From the NCBI GenBank assembly GCA_030705825.1, contig JAUZPR010000003.1, positions 5,341 to 69,340 on the forward strand: DNA of 64,000 bases. The letters run 5' to 3'. The stretch is from Bacillota bacterium (GTDB lineage: Bacteria > Bacillota > Clostridia > Acetivibrionales > JANLFN01). The position numbers were made by a program, and so were the translations under genes. Positions 9,310-18,134 of this stretch are shown here, piece after piece. Below the pieces are notes generated by a model, which saw only the letters and a list, made by a program, of their open reading frames with translations, did not search any database and was not told where the DNA came from. How positions within the stretch are numbered: the stretch's first letter is position 1; each line of letters opens with the position of its first letter.

Positions 9310-9665
9310 CATTTAACGTATATATAATAGCTATAATTTTCAGTATAATTTTTCTGGTTGCCATAATAGAGCTGGTTAGAAAGAACAAGCTCCTTGAAAA
9401 GTACTCCCTTCTTTGGATACTCTTTGGGGTTGTGCTGCTGATACTTTCAAGTACACCTTTATTTATCGAAAAAATTGCTTCTGTACTGGATATAAAATAT
9501 GCTCCCTCGGTATTGTTCCTGTTCGGAATGGTTTATCTTATTATTTACAACCTCCATATAACAACTGTATTTTCAAAGCAGTCGCAGAAAATAACAAGAC
9601 TTAACCAGGAGATTGCCTTATTGAAGGAAAAGGTTGAAAAGATGGAAGCCAATAAGGAACACTAA
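9306..9665 (+). CDS. DUF2304 family small membrane protein
   Basis: 119 aa with three TM helices plus a C-terminal coiled coil. It has the LVRKNKLLEKYSLLW motif typical of DUF2304. It overlaps the stop of the GT2 gene by 4 nt (ATGA), a pairing commonly seen for this family. Confidence 0.75.
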   Translation: MTFNVYIIAIIFSIIFLVAIIELVRKNKLLEKYSLLWILFGVVLLILSSTPLFIEKIASVLDIKYAPSVLFLFGMVYLIIYNLHITTVFSKQSQKITRLNQEIALLKEKVEKMEANKEH

Positions 9666-9758
9666 AATAAAAAAGCTCTGAAATATTATCCTCCGTCTTT
9701 TGATATAATTGTATCTGCGGGGGTTTTATTATATTTTCTTAATTTACGGAGAAAAGTT

Positions 9759-11372
9759 ATGGGTTGGTATGATGAATTTTTAAATAAATACAAATCAGGT
9801 ATTTCCCATGAATTCCTGTTTTATTTCAATGTACGGGACCTTGTGGATAATAGCAGACATCTGGACAAATACCTTTATGATGAATTCATAAAGCAGAGAG
9901 GGTTCTCAATAGTAGCTTTTTATGATATTTCAAGAGGCCTTACCTTCCTTGACCCCTCAATGGAGAAGGAGTTCAATCTCATTACTTCAAATGAGGCCGC
10001 AGATTTGCTTCATACTCTTCCTTCAAAAATTTTCCCCTACATAGACATGGTTCTTAAAAGTACCAAAACTGTTCTTTTTATTGACCACGTAGAAAAAATA
10101 ATTCCTTCAGGTGATGTCGGAAGCATGACCCTTGAAGAACGGATGTCATTGATATGGATATGTGAGTGGTCTTCAAACATTAAGATTTCAACTATTGGAA
10201 GCACTATTTTTATGCTGGCCGATAACCTTGAAGATGTAAGCAGGGAAATACTAAAATCCTCTTTTAAAGTGGAGCCTGTTTTGGTAGAGCTGCCCGGCGA
10301 GAAGGAACGCTGCAGCTATATTAATTATCTTTTGAATAATAAAAACGTTAAGCTGGATATCAGTCTTGATGAGTTCGCCAAATTATCCTCCGGGCTAAGC
10401 CGTAAATCAATAAATGACATACGGCTCAGGGCAGAGGCAGAAAATATACCCATCACGTTTGACTTCATCAAGGAAAAGAAGCATTCGGTTCTTAAAAAAG
10501 AATACGGAGATGTCCTGGAATTCATATATCCGGAAATAAGTTTTGAAGATATAGGCGGCATGGATATTGCTAAAAACTACCTGATAAAAAATATAGTAAA
10601 CCCGGTAAAAAGCGGAGACCTCAGAAGGGTGCCGATGGGTATACTCCTTTGCGGTCCTTCGGGTACAGGCAAAACCCTGCTTGTAAATGCTCTTGCCAAA
10701 GCAAGCGGATTCAACTGCGTTAAAATTGACATGTCACGTATTCTGGGACAGTATGTCGGAGAAAGTGAAAAAAACTTTAAAAAGTGCCTGCTAGGTGCAA
10801 AGTCACAGCAGCCTGTGATAGTATTTGTAGATGAAATAGATACTACCTTCAGAAGAGGTGAATCCGGGGACAGCGGTGTGGGCAGAAATATTTTCAGTGA
10901 ATTTTTACAGTTTACAGGTAATACAAATAATAGAGGAAAAGTAATTTTTATAGCAGCAACAAACAGACCTGATTTGTTGGATGCCGCACTTAAAAGGCCC
11001 GGAAGGTTCGATAAAAAAATCCCGGTACTTCTGCCCGGCATTGGCGAAAGGGCGGAAATATTTGAGATCATAATCGGAAAATACGGTTTTGATACTGATA
11101 TAGAGGATTTCATACCATATGCGGAAGCAACTGAGAACTATACAGGAGCCGAGATAGAAACAATAGTAAGAAAAGCGTATGAAATAGCAAATGAAGACGA
11201 TAAGCCCGGTACTGCTATAACCGGTGAAATCCTGCGGAAAGCAATAGAAAGATGCCGTCCAAGTACTCAGGAGGTAGAATTCATGACTCTTCTGGCAGTG
11301 AAGGAATGTGACGATTTGGATCTGCTGCCTGAAAAATATCAGCATCTACTGGAAGAGAAGAAAGACAATTGA
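9759..11372 (+). CDS. AAA+ ATPase, classic clade, tandem architecture (degenerate N-terminal AAA-like module + active C-terminal AAA module)
   Basis: Walker A GPSGTGKT (nt ~10653), Walker B VIVFVDEID, GESEK region, ATNRPDLLDAALKRPGRFD. Residues 1-235 repeat the AAA pattern without a P-loop. Confidence 0.85.
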   Translation: MGWYDEFLNKYKSGISHEFLFYFNVRDLVDNSRHLDKYLYDEFIKQRGFSIVAFYDISRGLTFLDPSMEKEFNLITSNEAADLLHTLPSKIFPYIDMVLKSTKTVLFIDHVEKIIPSGDVGSMTLEERMSLIWICEWSSNIKISTIGSTIFMLADNLEDVSREILKSSFKVEPVLVELPGEKERCSYINYLLNNKNVKLDISLDEFAKLSSGLSRKSINDIRLRAEAENIPITFDFIKEKKHSVLKKEYGDVLEFIYPEISFEDIGGMDIAKNYLIKNIVNPVKSGDLRRVPMGILLCGPSGTGKTLLVNALAKASGFNCVKIDMSRILGQYVGESEKNFKKCLLGAKSQQPVIVFVDEIDTTFRRGESGDSGVGRNIFSEFLQFTGNTNNRGKVIFIAATNRPDLLDAALKRPGRFDKKIPVLLPGIGERAEIFEIIIGKYGFDTDIEDFIPYAEATENYTGAEIETIVRKAYEIANEDDKPGTAITGEILRKAIERCRPSTQEVEFMTLLAVKECDDLDLLPEKYQHLLEEKKDN

Positions 11373-11394
11373 GAATGGAGAATTGAGAATTAAT
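11367..11394. repeat. tandem heptamer micro-array AAT[T/G]GAG x4 overlapping the AAA gene stop codon
   Basis: AATTGAG AATGGAG AATTGAG AATTAAT read directly from the sequence. Confidence 0.8.
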
Positions 11395-11496
11395 TAAAAA
11401 TATTTTTGAAATGGCTTCGTTCCCATTATAGGCGGTCCGTTCTTCTTCTCCCGCCACCCTATTGCGGGGGCTACGGGGGGTAAGGAAGGTTATTAG

Positions 11497-11537
11497 CCCT
11501 CACCCCCCTGCCCCTCTCCCACATCAGGAGAGGGGAG
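11497..11537. repeat. GC-rich palindromic intergenic element, truncated copy 2
   Basis: CCCTCACCCCCCTGCCCCTCTCCCACATCAGGAGAGGGGAG. It has the same core as the copies at 8112 and 41166. Confidence 0.85.
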
Positions 11538-11813
11538 TTAAGAAGTTCACTGTTGGATTGCCTTTTGAGATCTTCCGATTTCTGTAGAGGCAGACTCCGG
11601 GTTAAAAGGTTTTGTGGTTAGGTACTGAGGGTTGGATATAATTTATTCGTAGGGGCGTGGGCTCTGCTCCGCCCATATAAGGGAAATTTGATTTTTCAGT
11701 TTACAATAGCAACTCTTTGTTATAAATTATTCTTATATAGCTTATAACATACAATACACGCATAACTTAGAACAAAAGGTTAATACCTGTTAAGATTAAA
11801 AGGAGGCTTTAAC

Positions 11814-12545
11814 ATGGGTTTATTCAGCAGACTGGGTACTATGATAAGAGGTTTTTTCGGGTTGTTTGTGGGCGGAATTGAAGAAAAGAATCCCGACGCT
11901 CTTCTGGAGGATATCAAGAATCAAATTGAAAAGGCAAGAAAAGAAGCGGAACAGCAGATTTTGGACATACAAACAAATGCAGAGCTCATAAAAATTGAAA
12001 TGAAAAATGCCGAAAAGAATCTCAACGCCGTAAAAGCCAGGGTTGAAGCTGCTCAACGTCAAAATGACAAGGAACTGCTGGTAGAACTGTTGATTCAGGA
12101 GGAAGAATGTCAGGCTACATACGACAATAACAAGCAGACATATGAAGGCGCAATGGCTGAAGTTGCTAAAATAAGAGAAGATTATAAGATCTTTGAATCC
12201 GAAATGAATGTAAAGGTCAATGAGCTTAGGACACTCAAATCCCAGGCTAAGATGGCCTCCTTAAGAGAAAATATAAATTCAATGAATGCCAACTACACTT
12301 CCAAAAACAATAGAATCGGAAAAGTTAACGACAATATGGACAGAGCCAGAGAAATCGTTAACAGAAAGACTGCACGTGCAAATGCTGTTGAATCCCTGAA
12401 TGATACCAATATGGAGATGAAGCTTAAGAGGCTGGATATGAATTCAGCCCGCGAAAGGGCTCTTGCCAGAGCTGAGGCTATGCTGGGCGGTGATCAGGGC
12501 TTTGAAGTAAAAGAGAAAATAGACAATAAAGGCAGTGCAACTTGA
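11814..12545 (+). CDS. pspA: PspA/IM30 family protein (phage-shock protein A / Vipp1-like, ESCRT-III superfamily)
   Basis: N-terminus MGLFSRL...IEEKNPDALLED, followed by about 220 aa of heptad-rich coiled coil of PspA length. RBS AAAGGAGG. Confidence 0.85.
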   Translation: MGLFSRLGTMIRGFFGLFVGGIEEKNPDALLEDIKNQIEKARKEAEQQILDIQTNAELIKIEMKNAEKNLNAVKARVEAAQRQNDKELLVELLIQEEECQATYDNNKQTYEGAMAEVAKIREDYKIFESEMNVKVNELRTLKSQAKMASLRENINSMNANYTSKNNRIGKVNDNMDRAREIVNRKTARANAVESLNDTNMEMKLKRLDMNSARERALARAEAMLGGDQGFEVKEKIDNKGSAT

Positions 12546-12601
12546 ATCAATTAACTTTATATTTTATTTAGTTATAAATATATATACGGGTGGTATTTCA
12601 G

Positions 12602-13090
12602 ATGATTATTCGTGAAGCAGTAATCGCAGATTTGGAAGCAATAACAGACATCTATAACTGGGCAGTAGAAAATACCACTGCCACCTTTGATATTACCAGA
12701 CAATCTTTGGTAGAACGCCGTAAATGGTTTGATGCACATAAAGGAGTATATCCTCTTACAGTAGCTGAATATGAAGGAAAGGTTGTTGCTTACTGCAGCC
12801 TTTCCAGATTCAGAGAGAAGGAAGCATATGCAAAGAGTGTGGAAATATCTGTTTACGTTGGCCCGGTATTTCATGGAAAAGGAATAGGTACCGCGCTATT
12901 GGAAGATATTGTTAAAAGAGGCAGAACTCTAGGGCATCATGTGATAATAGCAGGTATAACCGCAGGCAATGATATAAGCATAAAAATGCACGAAAAAGCA
13001 GGATTTAAATTATGCGGCTGCTTCAATCAAGTTGGGTACAAATTTAACGAATGGCAGGATTGCCTGTTTTATGAGCTGTTACTTGATTGA
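12602..13090 (+). CDS. GNAT N-acetyltransferase, phosphinothricin/L-amino-acid N-acyltransferase (PAT/YncA)-like
   Basis: MIIREA...DIYNWAVENTTATFD...RRKWF...GKGIGTALL. The acetyl-CoA motif and layout match the PAT subfamily. ATG 12602 lies downstream of GGTGG. Confidence 0.8.
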   Translation: MIIREAVIADLEAITDIYNWAVENTTATFDITRQSLVERRKWFDAHKGVYPLTVAEYEGKVVAYCSLSRFREKEAYAKSVEISVYVGPVFHGKGIGTALLEDIVKRGRTLGHHVIIAGITAGNDISIKMHEKAGFKLCGCFNQVGYKFNEWQDCLFYELLLD

Positions 13091-13126
13091 TGGGCTATTT
13101 GATAGAATTGAGGGTTGTGTAATTCC

Positions 13127-13945
13127 ATGAAGCAGAAATTATTTGTCAGTGCACTTCTTAAAATGAGAAATTTCGGAGTTTTACTAATTTTACTGGCCGT
13201 TTCTCTTCTTATTGTTGACCAGTCCCTTCTTCCGGCACAGGCCCATATGAAGTTTCCTGTACTTGTCAAGGATGCTTCATTTCCGGTAAGTATTGCAATT
13301 TATATTGTAATGGTTGTACAAACCCTACTCAGCAGTACGTTCCATGAACAATTCAATGAAAAACAAAAAATAAAGCACATTCAGGGTATGAATTATTCAT
13401 GCCTCAGGCTGTTCTACGAGGCAAAAAAGCATACCAATCCCTTGTATCTTCAAAAGCTCAAAACTGTAATGGATGATAAAAACGATATAGTCGACTCCTT
13501 TTTTAAGGGTGATAAAGGTTTCATAAAACAACGTATAGTTGAGAAGGCGCTTAACCTTGTCATTTCCTATATTAAGCTGCTTACCAACTTCTGTATCAGG
13601 AGCCGTGAACTGAGTGAAGTCAATCTTGGCAGCATTTCCGACAGAATAAACACAAATGCCAGGAAACTAAGTTTTGTCAGGGATATCAACACATCGGCCG
13701 AACTGCGTAAAGCTATTGATGTTGATGAAAGACTGGTGGAAAATCTTAAGGAGGAAAAAAAGGAGCTTGAAAGAATAAGTGTAAAGCTTGAATATATGGA
13801 AAGTATGATAAATCTTCTAAAGCATCAGGTAATTTCAAGCATAGATTCGGAAGAGATTCTGGAAAAGCTTGATACAGCCGTTAATGAGGCTGATGCTCTT
13901 GATTCGGTACTGCACGAAAGGCGTAAGAACAGGTTTGTAATTTGA
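13127..13945 (+). CDS. hypothetical membrane-anchored coiled-coil protein (two N-terminal TM helices; architecture loosely XpaC-like)
   Basis: TM segments FGVLLILLAVSLLIV and FPVSIAIYIVMVVQTLL are followed by about 190 aa of helical/coiled-coil sequence. No confident family assignment. Confidence 0.5.
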   Translation: MKQKLFVSALLKMRNFGVLLILLAVSLLIVDQSLLPAQAHMKFPVLVKDASFPVSIAIYIVMVVQTLLSSTFHEQFNEKQKIKHIQGMNYSCLRLFYEAKKHTNPLYLQKLKTVMDDKNDIVDSFFKGDKGFIKQRIVEKALNLVISYIKLLTNFCIRSRELSEVNLGSISDRINTNARKLSFVRDINTSAELRKAIDVDERLVENLKEEKKELERISVKLEYMESMINLLKHQVISSIDSEEILEKLDTAVNEADALDSVLHERRKNRFVI

Positions 13946-14096
13946 CAATTCTATTTTGTATTACAAGTTCTTTTTCCTCAAATTAAAGATCTATAACCAT
14001 AAGCATATCATTTTTTATGTTAATTGGAGGAATTTCTGTATTTTTGTCGAATAAACATATCCATACACAGCATTTACCTGGAAAGAGGAATGTTTT

Positions 14097-15686
14097 ATGG
14101 ATTTTGATGTTGTATTTACATCTGATTATATCCAAATTACCAAAAAGGAAGACGGTTTTTATATTGAATCGTTTAGAAGTGGCATTACTCTGGAAGAAAT
14201 CAACAAAGTCTTAAGTCAACATCCGGAAATAAGAGTAACCAGCTTTATGGCTGTGAAAAACTGTCTTATGGCTGCTCCCAAATCACCGACAAAATTTGGA
14301 GAAGTCAAGGACAGGATCACAATTGAAATTTCCGGAGATGAATTAAAAGCTTTTATTACTGTCTGCGTCATGGAAAGTGAACTTACAGGCAATAAAAAGG
14401 TAGACCTTGTTAAACAGATTATTTCAGCCCTGAATAATTTCGGTATTATTTACGGGATAAAGAATGATGTTTTATTATATAATCTTTGCAATAATAAACA
14501 GCTTCTCATTGCAGAAGGGATTCCTCCTGTTACTGGAACTGACTCGGTTATAAAAATGTATGAGCTCAAAGAAGCCAAACCTGAAGTTAAGGAAGACGGC
14601 AATGTAGACCACTATGAGCTCAACCTGATAAACAAGGTAGAGGCCGGTGACTGGGTGGGTGAAAGAACCGACCCGACACCCGGTATACCGGGAAAAACTG
14701 TCAAAGGGCATGATATTCCTGCCCTGCCCGGAAAAAGCTATCCCCTGATGTATGACAAGCAGTCGGTCAAGGAAGTGCATCAGGATGGAGTAACTACCCT
14801 GTATGCACTTAAGAAAGGGGCAGTTTTCTTCGAAGGCGACAGAATTGGTGTTTCTAATCATCTTGAAATCCAGGAAAATGTTGATTTCAAAACAGGTAAT
14901 ATTGATTTTGATGGATTTTTGACCATAAAAGGTTCTATAGAGGATAATTTTTCAGTTGCAGCAGACAAAGATATAGAAATCTTAGGTCAATATGGCGCAG
15001 GCAGTGTCAAGGAGATAAACAGCAGAGAGGGAAGTGTATTTATCCGCGGCGGAATTGCAGGTAAAAACAAAGCTGTTGTTAAATCCAAAAAGAATATATA
15101 TACAAAATTCATATCTGATGCAACTATTATTTGTGATGGTTCTGTGCATATAGGTTTTTACTGCCTCAATAGCAACATAATAGCCAAGGAGGTAATTCTT
15201 GACTCTCCAAAGGGACAAATACTAGGCGGTAATATTCAGACCGAAATTAAGGTTGTCTCTTCAATAATAGGCTCTCCCGGAGAAAAAAAGACTTTTATAT
15301 CGGTTAAGGGTTTTGACAGGAAGACTATGAAGGAAAAACTCGAGAAGCTTATTAATTCAATTGAAGATTTAAAAACAAACCTTACACGCTGTAAACAGGA
15401 ATTATCAATTTATTCATATACTACTGGTATAACTAAAGAACAATCTGTTAAATTTGAAATTCTTAAAGATAAGTTTTTTGATTTGAAAGATAGCCTTAAA
15501 AAAATGGAAGACGAAAAGAAAGCTTTGTCAGGTTACTTAAGAACTCACGGTGAGGGAGAAATCGCCATACTGAAAAAGGCTTATCCCGCTACAATACTGG
15601 AAATTAAGCGTATTATAAAGGAATTGGACAAGATAGTCATAAATACAAGCTTTTATGTTCAGGATGGTGAGATCAGGGAACTGTAA
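14097..15686 (+). CDS. DUF342 (FapA-like) domain protein
   Basis: 529 aa. The N-terminal FapA_N-like region (ITKKEDGFYIE, ISGDELKAFITV) is followed by a repetitive beta-helix-like G-rich core (GNIDFDG.L.I.G.I) and a C-terminal coiled coil, as in DUF342 proteins. RBS GAGGAA. Confidence 0.75.
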   Translation: MDFDVVFTSDYIQITKKEDGFYIESFRSGITLEEINKVLSQHPEIRVTSFMAVKNCLMAAPKSPTKFGEVKDRITIEISGDELKAFITVCVMESELTGNKKVDLVKQIISALNNFGIIYGIKNDVLLYNLCNNKQLLIAEGIPPVTGTDSVIKMYELKEAKPEVKEDGNVDHYELNLINKVEAGDWVGERTDPTPGIPGKTVKGHDIPALPGKSYPLMYDKQSVKEVHQDGVTTLYALKKGAVFFEGDRIGVSNHLEIQENVDFKTGNIDFDGFLTIKGSIEDNFSVAADKDIEILGQYGAGSVKEINSREGSVFIRGGIAGKNKAVVKSKKNIYTKFISDATIICDGSVHIGFYCLNSNIIAKEVILDSPKGQILGGNIQTEIKVVSSIIGSPGEKKTFISVKGFDRKTMKEKLEKLINSIEDLKTNLTRCKQELSIYSYTTGITKEQSVKFEILKDKFFDLKDSLKKMEDEKKALSGYLRTHGEGEIAILKKAYPATILEIKRIIKELDKIVINTSFYVQDGEIREL

Positions 15687-15738
15687 TACCTTGATTTATA
15701 GATTTTACTCAAATCATTTAAAAGACCAGGAGGCTACT

Positions 15739-17670
15739 ATGGAGTACAGTGATATTCTGCAGGGTATTGAGAAACAAAAGGAAAGCGAACTCCTTTCGGC
15801 AAAACTGTTTAGATATCAAGGCCTTCTTCAGGCAATTGATTTTTTTTCACAAAAACTGAACCTGGATCAAATTGTCGATGCTGCATTTGATTTTACAAAT
15901 GAGCTTCTTACTATAGAAAAATCTGTAATGTTTATTATGAATGACGGAAAGTACGTACTGTCCAAACTAAAAGGTCTCTCCGAAAAACTAAAGTTCATTA
16001 ATAACAGTGTAGACCTTCAGAACATGGCACTTTTCCACGGAACCCTTCTAAGCGGCCATGAACATCTTCTGAAATACTTTAATGAGGAGCTTCTGCAGGA
16101 CTATGAAGTGACTATGGCTATTCCATTAATAATAGAAAGCTCCATTTACGGTTTTATTTTCATATCCAACAAGACAATAGGAGATCTGAACGGTGACGAT
16201 TATATAATATCCGAAGCATTAATGAAGCTATTCAATAATGCCCTTGAGAATTTCAAGAGGTACGAGCAGCTTCAGGAAGCCAATAAAGAGCTTGATGAGA
16301 AGATTTTCAACCTTTTTGCCATCAACCAATCTACCAAGGTACTTCTCGGTGAACTAAACCTCGATATGCTTTACAGTTTATCTACCGATGTCTTTGCTGA
16401 GCTTACCCAAAGTTCAAGCACCAGCTTTGTTTTATATGATGAAAAAAGTGAAAAGTATATTATAAAAGCTTTTAAAGATGTTTATTTTAGAAATATTCCT
16501 TCCATAATAGCCTTAACACTTAAAAAATCAGCTAAAATAAATCCCAATAACGTTATAATCAACCTGTCCAAAGAAGAAGGAATCTCATGCTTTAACAGCA
16601 TTTTTGAAGAGGGACTGGAAGCAATTCTGCCATTAAACCCTCTTTATATAGTAGTACTTGTAAAGAACAAGAGAATTTTGGGCTTTGTAACATTAGGCCA
16701 GACGGTTACAGGCATACAGTATAAAACCAGTATCTTCGAACTGGTTGAAAGCCTTGCATCCTCAACTTACCTGGCCATATCAAACGCTTTGCTTTTCAAA
16801 CAGGTCTCCGACCAGAAAAAAGTTATTCAAAGCAAATTGGACAAAATAATATCGTTAAATAACCTGATTAAAAACATTAATACTTCTTCCGACGTAAGTA
16901 CACTGCTTGACCTGACCTTGAAAACGCTGGAGGTATCCTTCGATGTGGAAAAGGCTATACTGTCACAGTATGACAGGAATTCGGATACTTTTAAAATAAG
17001 CAAAACTCTGAATATAACTACAAGGAAAAAAGTCATTAAACCTAATCCCTCCTGGAAAAGAGTCATGGAGGGCGACAGCATATTTGAAGCTAATGCAGAA
17101 AGCGTACTCCAGTATATGGACAAGCAGCTTCTTAATGATGTGGGGGAATGCCAGGGTATCTTGATTATTCCCATTTATATGGATAAAATAGAGATAGAAA
17201 TACTGGGTGCTGTTATAATATTCAAATATGGCAAAACTCAAATTGGTGACGAGGAAAACCTCCTGACCATGGAAACTATTGCAGGCCATATATCCCCTAT
17301 TCTAAGCAGTCTTATGATTATGGAGGAGCAGTCAAAATTCCTTCTCCCAAATTATGAGGAGTATTTCAAGAAAGCATTGAAAACCGAAATTGATGAGGCT
17401 TTGGAATTTGAGCAGAATTTAACTGTACTTCAGCTTATTCTTATGAATAAGAAGTTGTTCAGAGATACCAAACATATAAACCGGTTAAAAAAGGATTTCG
17501 GTAAAGTATTTCCTTTTTCAGGAGATAATATTTTTATTATCTGGGATGGAAGTATCAAGGAATTGAATAAGAAGCTTGCCAAGCTGACCGAGATGAAAAA
17601 TCTTATTGTCAATCATTGGAGCCTGGGCAAGGAATTCAGCAGCTACGAGGAATTTGTAAACCTCTTCTAA
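15739..17670 (+). CDS. hypothetical cytoplasmic sensor-like protein: three GAF-like modules + degenerate GGDEF-like C-terminus
   Basis: There are three repeats, each ending with a GAF-type terminal strand and helix (IYGFIFISNK...ALENF; ILGFVTLGQT...AISNALLF; ILGAVIIFKYGK...ISPILSS). The C-terminal stretch LTVLQLILMN...FPFSGDNIFIIW resembles the GGDEF core with SGDNI in place of GGDEF. ATG 15739 follows AGGAGG. Confidence 0.5.
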   Translation: MEYSDILQGIEKQKESELLSAKLFRYQGLLQAIDFFSQKLNLDQIVDAAFDFTNELLTIEKSVMFIMNDGKYVLSKLKGLSEKLKFINNSVDLQNMALFHGTLLSGHEHLLKYFNEELLQDYEVTMAIPLIIESSIYGFIFISNKTIGDLNGDDYIISEALMKLFNNALENFKRYEQLQEANKELDEKIFNLFAINQSTKVLLGELNLDMLYSLSTDVFAELTQSSSTSFVLYDEKSEKYIIKAFKDVYFRNIPSIIALTLKKSAKINPNNVIINLSKEEGISCFNSIFEEGLEAILPLNPLYIVVLVKNKRILGFVTLGQTVTGIQYKTSIFELVESLASSTYLAISNALLFKQVSDQKKVIQSKLDKIISLNNLIKNINTSSDVSTLLDLTLKTLEVSFDVEKAILSQYDRNSDTFKISKTLNITTRKKVIKPNPSWKRVMEGDSIFEANAESVLQYMDKQLLNDVGECQGILIIPIYMDKIEIEILGAVIIFKYGKTQIGDEENLLTMETIAGHISPILSSLMIMEEQSKFLLPNYEEYFKKALKTEIDEALEFEQNLTVLQLILMNKKLFRDTKHINRLKKDFGKVFPFSGDNIFIIWDGSIKELNKKLAKLTEMKNLIVNHWSLGKEFSSYEEFVNLF

Positions 17671-17684
17671 GGAGGATGTTATTA

Positions 17685-18068
17685 GTGGGTGTACTATGCG
17701 GTATTGATATAATAGAAATTGACAGAGTACAAAAATCAATTGAAGCACACTCATCCTTTATAAATAAAGTTTTTTCCGATAGGGAAATAGAACTATGCAA
17801 TAAAAGAAAATCAGCAAGATTTCAAAGCTATGCAGCCAGGTTTGCTGCAAAGGAAGCCGTTTCCAAAGCCTTTGGAACAGGTATAGGCAAGGATGTCGGA
17901 TGGAAGGAAATAGAGATACTTTCTGATGAAAACGGCAAACCTGTAATTCAGCTATCAGGCAAATCCGAAGAATTATATAAAAGAATAGGCGCAGTTGATA
18001 TATCTATAAGTCTTTCTCATTGCACCAATACAGCAGTTGCATGCGCAGTCATTCAAACAAACCTATAG
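17685..18068 (+). CDS. acpS: holo-[acyl-carrier-protein] synthase
   Basis: GIDIIEIDRV, FAAKEAVSKAFGTG, ISLSH motifs. GTG 17685 lies 9 nt after GGAGG, which directly follows the upstream stop codon. ATG 17676 is an alternative start. Confidence 0.85.
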   Translation: MGVLCGIDIIEIDRVQKSIEAHSSFINKVFSDREIELCNKRKSARFQSYAARFAAKEAVSKAFGTGIGKDVGWKEIEILSDENGKPVIQLSGKSEELYKRIGAVDISISLSHCTNTAVACAVIQTNL

Positions 18069-18134
18069 AGCAACACCTGTATTTCCTGTTTCATTAATTA
18101 AAAATTATGATAAATTACATGGGAGTTAAAATAA

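Noticed and set aside
10577-11113. 178-aa minus-strand ORF (and 10905-11345)
   Set aside because: Both are antisense to the AAA ATPase gene, whose Walker motifs fix the real frame.
11367-11394. Short tandem repeats (here, 51013-51040 and 57067-57159) as a possible CRISPR array
   Set aside because: The repeat units are 7-9 nt and contiguous, with no spacers. There are no cas genes in the window.
14017-14214. 65-aa ORF overlapping the start of the DUF342 gene; also 26158-26481 (-) and 26188-26370 (+)
   Set aside because: These overlap better-supported genes that have RBSs. They show no independent signals.
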